DNA of 59,817 nucleotides, filler included. It is 5 parts of 5 records of this genome, joined end to end, with 100 filler letters (N's around TTAATTAATTAA, not from the genome) between each part and the next. Parts side by side here need not be neighbours in the genome. Positions count along the whole stretch, not along the records: positions 1 to 11,829 come from SRR31156797_15717; 4 more parts are not named here. One strand, given 5' to 3'. Made by a program: the position numbers and the translations under genes. Below are positions 1 to 9,782 of this stretch, piece after piece. How positions within the stretch are numbered: position 1 is the first letter of the stretch; each line of letters begins with the position of its first letter. The notes under the pieces are model-generated. The model was not told where the DNA came from and did not search any database. It saw nothing but the letters and a program-made list of their open reading frames with translations.

Positions 1-31
1 TTGAGAATATCGTCAAATAAGTTGAGAATAG
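1..31 (+). repeat. Left-end TnsB-binding-like repeats
   Basis: TTGAGAATA at 1-9 (truncated copy) and TCGTCAAATAAGTTGAGAATAG at 10-31, 21-bp period. Confidence 0.8.
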
Positions 32-33
32 AA

Positions 34-68
34 GAAGCAAGTACTTTATTGATATATGTACTTGCTTC
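34..68. repeat. Perfect 11-bp inverted repeat (hairpin) just inside the left end
   Basis: GAAGCAAGTAC (34-44), 13-nt spacer, GTACTTGCTTC (58-68), followed by ATTTTG. Confidence 0.6.
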
Positions 69-169
69 ATTTTGTATAGGGGAAGGTAATAAATTGAAAT
101 ATGTCAACACCGGAGAATAGATTATAAATATAGTTTGATTTCCTATTTATTTCAATATCAAAAGATAAC

Positions 170-1723
170 GTGGTAGAAACAAAAAGAAAACTAATAAGAT
201 ACATAAAGCCTATTAAAAATGAAAGTTTATTAAGCTTTTTGAATAGATTGAGCATTGTTAATAGAATTTCATTTTCTGTATTGCTAAGATTTATAGGGTA
301 TAACCATCATATCATAAACAATAAATATATTATCAATACACAAGATTACAATGAAGCAATTGATAATTATATCAATGTTGCTATTGTTAGTAATAATAGG
401 TTGGATGATATTTATAAAACATCCTTAGAAAATGCATTGAACTGGACTATTAGTAGTGAATACCAGGCACTAAGTCATTTGTTGAGAGTAGAGAATAAAA
501 GGTTTACTAAATTCTGCCCTTTATGTTTAAAGGAACAGTCAATACATAAGTTGTACTGGCAATATGAAGGGATGGTTTTTTGTGAAGAGCATGGAACAAA
601 ACTGCTTAACAAATGTACATATTGCAATAATAAAGCTCACGTAGAAGATATTATTATTGATCGTTGTAGAAAATGTGGAAATAGTTTTTCACAATCAGAA
701 ACAAGTAATAAACAGTACGAAATTGAATATTATAGAGAATTTGTTAAGGAAATTAGTGCTCGTAGTACTCTAAATAGAAGTAATGAATTATCTCTAAGTG
801 TTAAGAGATATGCATTTTGTGTTAAGTTTATAATTTCTAATTATGAAATTATTAAGGAAAGTATTAGATTGAATCAAGATTTTTATACGCTTTTAGAAAA
901 TGAACTGTCAGATGAGAAATTGATAAGGTTAATAGAATTGTTTTTAAAAGATCAAGGAGAGTTAATATTTCAAGTTATTATGCACGTAGCAATGAATAGT
1001 AAGCTAAATCAAACAGGAGATTTGCTTTCATACGGAAATAAAATTATACATTACAAAACAATTAATGACCAATCTGTTATTTTTACATTATTAGATGTAA
1101 ATTACGAACAACTGAAATTATTTGGAATACTAAATGATGAAAGATTAGATGAATACAACTATTGTTTTGCTAAAGCAGCCAATATTAGAGATAAGAAAAA
1201 GGATAACAAAAAGAAAATACAAAACAACAATTTCATGCAAATGAGGAATAAACATTATAGTGAAGTAGCGAAATTTAGATTTAAAGTAATTGAGCCTCTA
1301 TTATCAAGTGATAGTGACAGGAGCGCAACGGGAGCTAGAGTTAAAGAAGTAAATGATATTATTAATTCAGGCAATGAAGTAATGATAAAGCAATATTTTA
1401 GTAGCAATTTCTATTCAACTATTTCACGAAGTACTATTGGAAGGTGGGTAGGAAGGTATATCAATAGTAAAGGGGATATAAATAGCTTAATCCCTAATTA
1501 TCATAACTCAGGAGGGAGAGGGAAAATACGATTTGATAAACGGATAATAAAATACATATATGATGCAATGGAATCTAAGACAGACTATTCAAACGAGAGA
1601 ACAAAAAGAGTTATATATCAAGAAGTCAGTAACCAAGTAAAGGAATATAATATAACAGCCGATCAGCCGATAATAATGCCGTATTTAATTACCATCAGCA
1701 ACTATATAGATAGAATTGTTTAG
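170..1723 (+). CDS. tniQ: TniQ-family protein fused to a C-terminal TnsB-like DNA-binding region
   Basis: N-terminal TniQ signature (PxxxESLxSFLxRL; FCPLC..W..FCEEH..CxxC..CxxC); aa ~361-517 align collinearly with aa ~85-240 of the neighbouring TnsB. Confidence 0.85.
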   Translation: MVETKRKLIRYIKPIKNESLLSFLNRLSIVNRISFSVLLRFIGYNHHIINNKYIINTQDYNEAIDNYINVAIVSNNRLDDIYKTSLENALNWTISSEYQALSHLLRVENKRFTKFCPLCLKEQSIHKLYWQYEGMVFCEEHGTKLLNKCTYCNNKAHVEDIIIDRCRKCGNSFSQSETSNKQYEIEYYREFVKEISARSTLNRSNELSLSVKRYAFCVKFIISNYEIIKESIRLNQDFYTLLENELSDEKLIRLIELFLKDQGELIFQVIMHVAMNSKLNQTGDLLSYGNKIIHYKTINDQSVIFTLLDVNYEQLKLFGILNDERLDEYNYCFAKAANIRDKKKDNKKKIQNNNFMQMRNKHYSEVAKFRFKVIEPLLSSDSDRSATGARVKEVNDIINSGNEVMIKQYFSSNFYSTISRSTIGRWVGRYINSKGDINSLIPNYHNSGGRGKIRFDKRIIKYIYDAMESKTDYSNERTKRVIYQEVSNQVKEYNITADQPIIMPYLITISNYIDRIV

Positions 1724-1762
1724 TAGAATGTAACAATTTATCTAATATGGTCATAATAAAAA

Positions 1763-3607
1763 ATGAAATATTTATTATTGATCGGAGTTGAATTTACATT
1801 GGCATATTCTTTTAATTTGATGAAATGTTTTCTAAAAGAAGAAGAATGTTTTTCTAGTTATTTACAAAGGTTGGCTAAAATATATTATGCGAACAATCAT
1901 GATATTTGGAGAAAAATTGCACGGGAAGGAGTACATTATCCACAAGCACAAATCTCAAAATCAATAGATATTACCCCCCACACGATTATTGATTTAGCTA
2001 AAGTAGAAAAACTGCTGCACTTGACTGAAAACCAAGTCAATAGGGCTAGCTTTCATAAAGTATATAACTTATTTTCAATACCAAGAGATAAAATGGCTCA
2101 TAGTAATTTGTTGATAAAATGTGTAAATTCATATCGAAATTATTGTCCAATTTGTTTACAGGAAGAAGAAAAATATAAACTAATGTGGCAAGTTAAAGAA
2201 ATGAGTTTTTGTAATATACATCATGTAAAACTATATGATAGATGCTGGTACTGTAATAAACAGATTCCAATATTACCAGCTAACTCACAAATAGCTATTT
2301 GCCCTTATTGTAACAGTAAACTTTATATAGCTCCTATACATAGAGTGGAGATAGAGTTTGAAGATACGAAAAGAATAGAGGAAGATTGGGAGTATCTATT
2401 AGGTGATGAAATTGTAAAATTTCAACCTTTTAATGGTTGTAATGTGGGACAAACGATAGCATTAAAGTTGATGGCTATAAGCAATGATTCAAACAATGCT
2501 TATCTTCTACAGAAAGCAAGAAATACAAGTGTAAGCAATTCGGAATTTAGTTTAGTGAACTTATTAGGATTGGTTAGAAAGTATAAAGTTTCATTGAAGG
2601 CGTTTTTTAAGTTTCAATTACCAAATCAATTTGTTAACAAGGTTATATCACCGAATAAAATGAGTATAGAAAATTATTCTTGTTTAGCACCTTGGTGTAA
2701 GAATTATCAAAAGAAAGGTAAATTATGTAGAACATCTACATCAAGTAGAAAAAAGAAGGATGGAACAGTTGATAATTTCTACATGTATTGTCCGGAATGC
2801 AGTATAGAATATTGCGTATGCAATGGAGACAAACGTTTAAAAGAAAGAGGATATTTTATTGATCTAGCATGGCATAGTGTAAGAAATAGAATTGAAAATA
2901 CGGCTTCGATTAAACAACTTGCTGTTGATTTAGCATGTACAGAAGACATAATTAAGCGGTGCATTATTTTTTTGGCAACAAACAAGCTTATAGACCTTAA
3001 AGATTGTAAACTACCTTTAAAATTGCCTATAAAAACCGATGATTTAAAACTGAATGAATTTTGTGAGAACATCAAGAAAGTTAATAACATCAAAGAAATT
3101 AAGAAGTTAATGGGACTATATTATAATGAGTTTTTGTTTTACAGAATGAACGCAAAAGCTAGATTAGAGAATATTCGAAATAAAATAGCGAGACCAGATA
3201 AAAAGCAGGATAATTATCCTAAATATGCTAAGAAAATTCATGAGTCAATCAAGAAATGTAGAGTACGAAATATTCCAATCACTATAAATAGAATTTCTAT
3301 GATGACTAATATTTGCCCTGAAACTATCAGAAAATATGGATTTTTCAACACAATCAAAGAAGAAAAGAATATGCAAACTGAAGTTATACGAAATAAAGAA
3401 AGAGAAAAATTAAGAATTCTGGCTAAAGAGATTATAGATCAAGCAATTTCAACAGGACAAACAATTGATAGTACTGCGTTATACAAAAGATTAGGCTGTT
3501 CTAGAACGTTTTTAGCAAGAAAATATCCAGACTTAACAAAATATATATACGAATTACTAAAAGATTATAGGAGGAAAAAGACATGTATGTATCAGCTAGA
3601 AAAATAA
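1763..3607 (+). CDS. TnsD-like TniQ-family target selector with long C-terminal extension (real start possibly TTG at 1799)
   Basis: ECFSSYLQRL, YCPICL..W..FCNIH..CWYC..CPYC TniQ motifs; extra Cys cluster (CLAPWC..CPEC) and basic HTH-like C-terminus; GGAG upstream of TTG 1799. Confidence 0.85.
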   Translation: MKYLLLIGVEFTLAYSFNLMKCFLKEEECFSSYLQRLAKIYYANNHDIWRKIAREGVHYPQAQISKSIDITPHTIIDLAKVEKLLHLTENQVNRASFHKVYNLFSIPRDKMAHSNLLIKCVNSYRNYCPICLQEEEKYKLMWQVKEMSFCNIHHVKLYDRCWYCNKQIPILPANSQIAICPYCNSKLYIAPIHRVEIEFEDTKRIEEDWEYLLGDEIVKFQPFNGCNVGQTIALKLMAISNDSNNAYLLQKARNTSVSNSEFSLVNLLGLVRKYKVSLKAFFKFQLPNQFVNKVISPNKMSIENYSCLAPWCKNYQKKGKLCRTSTSSRKKKDGTVDNFYMYCPECSIEYCVCNGDKRLKERGYFIDLAWHSVRNRIENTASIKQLAVDLACTEDIIKRCIIFLATNKLIDLKDCKLPLKLPIKTDDLKLNEFCENIKKVNNIKEIKKLMGLYYNEFLFYRMNAKARLENIRNKIARPDKKQDNYPKYAKKIHESIKKCRVRNIPITINRISMMTNICPETIRKYGFFNTIKEEKNMQTEVIRNKEREKLRILAKEIIDQAISTGQTIDSTALYKRLGCSRTFLARKYPDLTKYIYELLKDYRRKKTCMYQLEK

Positions 3608-4254
3608 GCAATATTAGATCGAAAAAGAATACAGGGGCTTTTCCAAGCAAAAAAATGAAAATAAATATTGAGTATGAATCTTTACTTGAAAGAGATTATT
3701 TCTATTGGCTAGAATATGACAGACAGGTAAAACGATTTTCAGCGCAGCCAGTAACGATTGAGTATAAAGATTCAAATAAAAGGAAAAGAAGATATACTCC
3801 TGATTGCTATTTTGAGACTGTATATGGAAAAGAGTATCTAGTTGAGATTAAGCCTAGAGAAAAACTTGATAAAATTCTTTCAGATGAGTCAAAACGAATT
3901 AAGTATGATGCTGCATATACATATTGTAGCAATAATAACATGATGTTTATTATTGTTACGGAGAAAGAAATACATAAAAGTAGCATCCTTAAAAATATTA
4001 AATATTTACATGGTTTTTCTAATATAAGCGTTCCGGATGATTTTGTTGAAATGGTTGTTAGACATATTGATTTAAATACCCCATTGTGTATAGGTGAAAT
4101 AATGGAGATTAATAAAAGTTTCGATATGGACAAGGCATATCAATATATGATGAATATGATATATTTTGGAAAGTTATTTACAAACATGAGTAATTTATTG
4201 GCAGATAGTAGAGAAAAAACTATGGTGTATCTACGGGAGGATCAAATTGTATAG
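3583..4254 (+). CDS. tnsA: TnsA endonuclease (heteromeric transposase subunit)
   Basis: FPSxK..ESLLERD..QP..YTPD..VEIK pattern typical of TnsA; overlaps flanking genes. Confidence 0.92.
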   Translation: MYVSARKISNIRSKKNTGAFPSKKMKINIEYESLLERDYFYWLEYDRQVKRFSAQPVTIEYKDSNKRKRRYTPDCYFETVYGKEYLVEIKPREKLDKILSDESKRIKYDAAYTYCSNNNMMFIIVTEKEIHKSSILKNIKYLHGFSNISVPDDFVEMVVRHIDLNTPLCIGEIMEINKSFDMDKAYQYMMNMIYFGKLFTNMSNLLADSREKTMVYLREDQIV

Positions 4255-6424
4255 AGCACAGTTAAAGCCTAAATTAAGATTTAAGGTAGAAGATAAGGAA
4301 TATGAAATTGTAAAAATCAGCAATACCGGTTTAGTAGAGGTAGTGGATCTGAAGTATAATGATACGTTGCAGTATAAAGAGAAAGATTTAATATCACTTT
4401 GGGCACAAGAAAAATTGAGGTTTTCTGTAGAAGGTAAAAATACTAAAAAAGCAATAGGAATATCTACAGAATATGACTTTATAGATATTAGTGAGAATAA
4501 GCACTTAGAAGTTGCTAAATTTAGATATAATGTTATTTCACCACTTATAAATGCGAAGTATAGGGCTTTTGATGATATTTTAGATAGAGTCAATGAAATA
4601 AATAGTATTATAGAAAATAACTCTCAGGAAAAGGTATTTGAAGTATTAGAGTGCAATTACTATTCCAAGATTTCAAAAGCAAGCGTTTATAGATGGATTT
4701 CTGATTATCAGAAAGCGAATTGTGATATTAGAGGACTTTTTCCATCACATCATAAAAAGGGTGGGAAGAATAACAGACGTACAGACCCTATAGTAATTGC
4801 ATATATTGAAGAGGTTGTTGAGGAACGGTATAAGAAACTTAACAGAATTAATATGTCAGAAGTTCATCAGCTGGTTAGTGATAAAATAATAGAACATAAC
4901 TCTTATGCTTCAAGAAAAGTAACAAAGCCGTCTTTATCAACAGTCTCAAGATTCATAAGAAATCTTCCTGAATATGATTTAATGTGTGCAAGATATGGGA
5001 AGAGGACTGCTGACAATAAATTTAGTATGGTTGGTTCGGGGGTAGTAACCACAATTCCATTGGAAAGAGTAGAAATTGATGCAACACCAATAGATATAAT
5101 TTTAAAAATAGAAGGCGAAGAAAATATTGCAGAAAGACCCAAATTAGTAGCAGCTATAGACAAATATTCTCGAATGATTGTAGGTTTCAGCATTTGCTTG
5201 GGAAGCGTTGGATGGTCTGAAGTGATGCAATGCATGCGTCATATTATGATGGATAAAAGCTATATAAAAGATAAATATCCTGACATCGAAAATGAATGGA
5301 ATGTATTTGGAATACCTAAGACATTAGTTATTGATAATGGAAAGGAGTTCAAAAATAAAGCAATGAAAGATGCTGCTTTACAGTGTGGATTTGAACTGCA
5401 ATACTGTCCGCCTAGAACACCTGAGTGGAAAGCTTCAATAGAACGATACTTCGGTACAATGAATAAAAATTTAATTCATAACTTACCAGGCACAACTAGA
5501 TCAAATCCACAATGCTTATCAGAAGCTGAAAATCCAGTTAAGATGGCATCTATTGGATTCTGTACTTTTTTAGAGCTAGTCCATAAGTGGATAGTTGATG
5601 TGTATTCGCAGACTTACAATAAAGGACTAAAGGGAGTACCAGCAAAAGTATGGGATAAAGGAGTAGCTGAGCATCGACCTGCATGGCCTAATGATGCAAC
5701 AGAATTAGCAATTTTACTAGGAAAAGTAGAAGAAAGAAAGATAACCAGAAGGGGCATTCAATTAAATAATTTGTACTATAATTCAATAGAATTGAATCAG
5801 TTGTTACACAAACTTAACGAAAATGAGATTGATGTTAGAGTGAAAGTTAAGTACGACCCATATGATGTATCTCATGTGTATGTATTAGATAATTTTAATA
5901 ACAGCAGATGGCTCAAAATACCATCCACTAATTTAGAATATACAACTGATTTAACTGAAATGGAACACATTGAAATATGTAAGCTGACCAGAGATAGACT
6001 CGGTACGGTAGATGAAATAGGATTATCTAGGGCTAAGAGGTATATATATGATAAAGTCGATGATAATATAGAGTTTGTACAAAAAGCAAAAAAGAAAAGA
6101 GTTAATTCTAGCTCTGAAATATTGAAAGATACGGATACAAAGAAGTTTTTAAAGCCATTAGCTGATGAACAAGGAAATGGTAATAATATACTGAGCTTAG
6201 GTTATTATTATAATGCCACAATAAAAAACGAAGCAATTTTAATATCTGCAAAAGATACTAAGGAGGATATTAAAACTGAAAACACAATAAGTGGCACTAA
6301 ACAGAAAAGTGCTAAGGATAGGAATAGAAAAAAAGAAGACGACGATAATAGCAAACATAAAATAACTATAAATGATGAAAATTCTTTAGATGACGTGGAT
6401 TTGAACGATTTTCGTATTATATAG
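4247..6424 (+). CDS. tnsB: TnsB DDE transposase (Mu-like)
   Basis: VEIDAT, VIDNGKEF, IERYFGT catalytic triad motifs; N-terminal HTH domains; Mu-transposase C-terminal region (YDPYDVS); charged tail. Confidence 0.95.
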   Translation: MYRAQLKPKLRFKVEDKEYEIVKISNTGLVEVVDLKYNDTLQYKEKDLISLWAQEKLRFSVEGKNTKKAIGISTEYDFIDISENKHLEVAKFRYNVISPLINAKYRAFDDILDRVNEINSIIENNSQEKVFEVLECNYYSKISKASVYRWISDYQKANCDIRGLFPSHHKKGGKNNRRTDPIVIAYIEEVVEERYKKLNRINMSEVHQLVSDKIIEHNSYASRKVTKPSLSTVSRFIRNLPEYDLMCARYGKRTADNKFSMVGSGVVTTIPLERVEIDATPIDIILKIEGEENIAERPKLVAAIDKYSRMIVGFSICLGSVGWSEVMQCMRHIMMDKSYIKDKYPDIENEWNVFGIPKTLVIDNGKEFKNKAMKDAALQCGFELQYCPPRTPEWKASIERYFGTMNKNLIHNLPGTTRSNPQCLSEAENPVKMASIGFCTFLELVHKWIVDVYSQTYNKGLKGVPAKVWDKGVAEHRPAWPNDATELAILLGKVEERKITRRGIQLNNLYYNSIELNQLLHKLNENEIDVRVKVKYDPYDVSHVYVLDNFNNSRWLKIPSTNLEYTTDLTEMEHIEICKLTRDRLGTVDEIGLSRAKRYIYDKVDDNIEFVQKAKKKRVNSSSEILKDTDTKKFLKPLADEQGNGNNILSLGYYYNATIKNEAILISAKDTKEDIKTENTISGTKQKSAKDRNRKKEDDDNSKHKITINDENSLDDVDLNDFRII

Positions 6425-6428
6425 AAGT

Positions 6429-7331
6429 ATGTATATAAGGAGTTTTAGATTGAGTGATACAGCAATTAACTATAATGAAATGACAAAAAATCAAAAGCTG
6501 AAGTTTGTAGATGAATTAATAGTAGAATATCCGAAAATGAAACGAATACATCAGACTATGGAAGAATGTATTGTTAGTCCGCAGTATTCGGATTTACCTG
6601 AATGCATGAGCCTGTTAGGACCATCTAGAGCAGGAAAAACTACAACTTTAAGAAAGTTTATGGAGAGATACCCCGACACAGAGACAGAAGAAGGGCTTAC
6701 TAAGCAGATACTATATTGTGAAGTTCCTTGCCCACCAGCAATAAGTAGCTTGCCCACTTCATTGTTATATGCTTTAGGAGATCCTCTATATGATAAGGGT
6801 AGAAATATTGCACAAAGGACATTAAGGTTAGAGAATTTACTAATTGATTGTGGAGTTAAGATGATTATTTTGGATGAGGTACAACATCTTGTAGAGGGGA
6901 CAACTTCTAGGCAGCAAAGGCAAGCATCAGATTGGTTTAAGAACATTATTAATAAAACAAAGATACCTGTTGTGTTTTCAGGACTAGATAGTAGTTCCTT
7001 AATATTTGAGGTTAACAGTCAACTAAAAGCAAGAGTATTAAATAACTTCAGAATAGCACCATTCAGAATAACAGACAAAGAGTTTAAAGCAATTGTACAT
7101 GTAATAGATTCAAAGCTACCAATAAAAGGACAATCAGATTTTGTAGCTACAGGATTGTGGAAAGAGATATATGACGCTACAGAGGGACATTTAGGTTATT
7201 TGAAGGTGTTGATTAAGGAAAGTGTTAAAATAGCGATAGAAAAGGAATATGACGTTGTTACGAGACCTGTGTTAGCCAAGGCTTATCAAAATAAGTTGAC
7301 TAGAGTAATAAACAACAATCCCTTTTTGTAG
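6429..7331 (+). CDS. tnsC: TnsC/TniB AAA+ ATPase (short form)
   Basis: Walker A GPSRAGKT, Walker B IILDEVQH; directly follows tnsB. Confidence 0.93.
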   Translation: MYIRSFRLSDTAINYNEMTKNQKLKFVDELIVEYPKMKRIHQTMEECIVSPQYSDLPECMSLLGPSRAGKTTTLRKFMERYPDTETEEGLTKQILYCEVPCPPAISSLPTSLLYALGDPLYDKGRNIAQRTLRLENLLIDCGVKMIILDEVQHLVEGTTSRQQRQASDWFKNIINKTKIPVVFSGLDSSSLIFEVNSQLKARVLNNFRIAPFRITDKEFKAIVHVIDSKLPIKGQSDFVATGLWKEIYDATEGHLGYLKVLIKESVKIAIEKEYDVVTRPVLAKAYQNKLTRVINNNPFL

Positions 7332-7441
7332 TGAGTTTAATAAAGGTATTTATATATTAAATAACTTATTGACGTAACAACGAATAAGATAAGTATCAGC
7401 TAATAAACTTATATATTAATATCCTGACCATATACAAAGAG

Positions 7442-7585
7442 CCGTTGCTGTATGCTCAAGCTGATGATAGGATTCAGCCTGATAAGACATATTCTATTGA
7501 TAGGAATAAAACTATTGTTTGGGCATTAGATTTAAATGTTGATTTTTCTGAAATAAAAGCGTAATTAGATTAGCTAGTTTATTAG
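7442..7585 (+). pseudogene. Remnant of the C-terminus of an McrC-type restriction subunit
   Basis: Manual translation PLLYAQADDRIQPDKTYSIDRNKTIVWALDLNVDFSEIKA*LD*LVY* resembles the recalled McrC C-terminal pattern (LLYA..IQPD..Y..LDLN.DF.EI); no start, internal stops. Confidence 0.6.
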
Positions 7586-7613
7586 TGGCAAACATATTAT
7601 TAGTGTATTAGAA

Positions 7614-7806
7614 TGGCCTGACCCCATAAAAGCGATCCGGGTTGAAAGCACATAATTGTAGCTGATATAATAAAAAATAAGGAGCAACAATTATGCCAAG
7701 AAAGAATTATACTGCGAAACAAATTCTCAGCAAACTACGAGAAGCAAAAGCAAATTTATCACAAGGTATATCAGCATATTCAGGCGACACAACTAAGAGA
7801 GATTAG
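7614..7806 (+). pseudogene. IS3-family remnant (left inverted repeat plus truncated OrfA)
   Basis: TGGCCTGACCCC end-like sequence at 7614; AAGGAG RBS; ORF 7693-7806 MPRKNYTAKQILSKLREAKANLSQG resembles the IS3/IS407 OrfA N-terminus but stops after 37 aa. Confidence 0.7.
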
Positions 7807-7997
7807 GAATGCTATGGGGACAACGTATGATGAACTTTTGAAATGAAATATGCGAGGTATAATAAAGAACTTATTTACTTTAGTTCGTGAAGCAATGTTA
7901 CTATTATGTTAATTAAATGTTCTTCTAATTGAAAGAAATAGTTTATATTCAGTTGTGATATTGTGCCATGTGAAGTATAATTATTTTAAAAAGTAGA

Positions 7998-9770
7998 TTG
8001 GAGAAGATGATGAAAGATGGATATATAGTAGACTATATTTCAGGTAATAAAGTAAAAGTTACACCAGAAGAAGTAGAAGCTGTACAAGTATTTTCAGAGA
8101 TTCTAGTTGAAGATTATGGGTACCCTAAAGAATATATAAAAACACATCCACAACACAGAGTCAAAGTTAGACCAAGTGATGTAAACAAGGAGTATCCAAT
8201 TGATATTGGAGTTTTTAATAATGATACAAAATCAGATGACGATATTTATATAGTAGTTGAGTGTAAGAAAAAGACTAGAAAAGATGGACGTAGCCAATTA
8301 GAAGATTATCTTAGATTCTGTAAAGCACAGTTAGGTGTTTGGTTTAATGGTGAAGAAAGATTTTTCTTGCTTAAACAGGAAAAAGATGGTTTAGTTGAGT
8401 TTTTTGAAATACCAAATATTCCAAAATACGGACAAAGACTAGAAGATATTGGTAAGTTTAAAAGGTCTGATTTAAAACCAACACATAATTTGAAAGCTAC
8501 GTTTAAAGCAATTAGGAATCACTTAGCAGCAAATACAGTAGGAGCAACAAGAGATGAAGTTTTGGCTCAACAACTAATAAATATAATCTTTTGTAAGATA
8601 TATGATGAGCGTTTCACTGAACCTGAAAAAATTGTTACATTTAGAGCTGGTTACAATGAAGAACCAAGTAAGGTAAAAGAACGTCTACTAAAGTTATTTG
8701 AAAGAGTAAAAAGAAAGTATAAAGAGGTAATGGATCAAACCGATGCAATTACACTTGATGAAAATAGTATTGTATACGTTATTGGAGAACTTCAAAACTA
8801 TTGTTTAATTGAGGCTGAAAGAGATATGGTAGCTGACGCATTCGAAGTATTCATTGGACATGCGTTAAAAGGTGGACAAGGCCAATTCTTTACTCCTAGA
8901 AATGTTGTTAAAATGATAGTCGATATTCTTGATCCTACAGATGAAGACAATATTATTGACCCATCATGTGGTAGTGGTGGATTCTTAGTTGAATCATTAC
9001 GACATGTATGGAGCAAGCTGGATGAAGAGGGAAAGAAGTATCATTGGAATGCTGCAAATCTTAAAGAAGAAAAAATGGAAGTTGCATTGAATAAAATTTG
9101 CGGAATTGATAAGGACTATTTTTTGTCTAAAGTTGCTAAAGCATATATGGCTATATTAGGTGATGGGAAGAGTGGTATTTTCTGTGAAGATAGCTTGGAA
9201 AATCCCCATAACTGGAATGATAAAACCCGTATTAAAATAAATAAAGGAAAATTTTCTGTATTATTAACTAATCCTCCTTTTGGTTCAAAAATACCAGTAA
9301 GAGGAGAAGAAAAGTTAAAGCAATATGAGTTAGCTCATAAATGGAAATATGATAAGAAAATAAATGAGTGGGTGATGGGTAAGTTGAAAGAGAAAGAATC
9401 ACCTCAAGTACTGTTTATTGAAAGAAACTTAGAATTGTTAGCAGATAAAGGTCGAATGGGCATCGTATTACCAGATGGTGTGTTTGGGAATGATACATTT
9501 GGTTATATTAGAAATTGGTTAAAGAATAAAGGCAGAATTCTTGCGGTAATTGATATACCAATTGAAACTTTTCAGCCCAATACTTCTACAAAAACAACGG
9601 TCTTAATATTTCAAAAGTTACAAGAGAGTGAGATACCTGATGACTATGAAATATTTATGGCAATTGCTGAATCTTGTGGTCATGATAGACGTGGTAATGA
9701 AATAGCCAGTGATGATATTGCAAAAGTATCAGGAGCATATATAGAATGGTTAGCAAAACAGAAGATTTAG
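7998..9770 (+). CDS. Fused restriction endonuclease / N6-adenine methyltransferase (Type IIB/IIG-like RM subunit; real start probably ATG 8007 or 8010)
   Basis: N-terminal HsdR_N-like nuclease motif (IDI..VECKK); GQFFTPR, DPSCGSGGFL (motif I), NPPF (motif IV). Confidence 0.9.
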   Translation: MEKMMKDGYIVDYISGNKVKVTPEEVEAVQVFSEILVEDYGYPKEYIKTHPQHRVKVRPSDVNKEYPIDIGVFNNDTKSDDDIYIVVECKKKTRKDGRSQLEDYLRFCKAQLGVWFNGEERFFLLKQEKDGLVEFFEIPNIPKYGQRLEDIGKFKRSDLKPTHNLKATFKAIRNHLAANTVGATRDEVLAQQLINIIFCKIYDERFTEPEKIVTFRAGYNEEPSKVKERLLKLFERVKRKYKEVMDQTDAITLDENSIVYVIGELQNYCLIEAERDMVADAFEVFIGHALKGGQGQFFTPRNVVKMIVDILDPTDEDNIIDPSCGSGGFLVESLRHVWSKLDEEGKKYHWNAANLKEEKMEVALNKICGIDKDYFLSKVAKAYMAILGDGKSGIFCEDSLENPHNWNDKTRIKINKGKFSVLLTNPPFGSKIPVRGEEKLKQYELAHKWKYDKKINEWVMGKLKEKESPQVLFIERNLELLADKGRMGIVLPDGVFGNDTFGYIRNWLKNKGRILAVIDIPIETFQPNTSTKTTVLIFQKLQESEIPDDYEIFMAIAESCGHDRRGNEIASDDIAKVSGAYIEWLAKQKI

Positions 9771-9782
9771 TGGAGGCATAGT

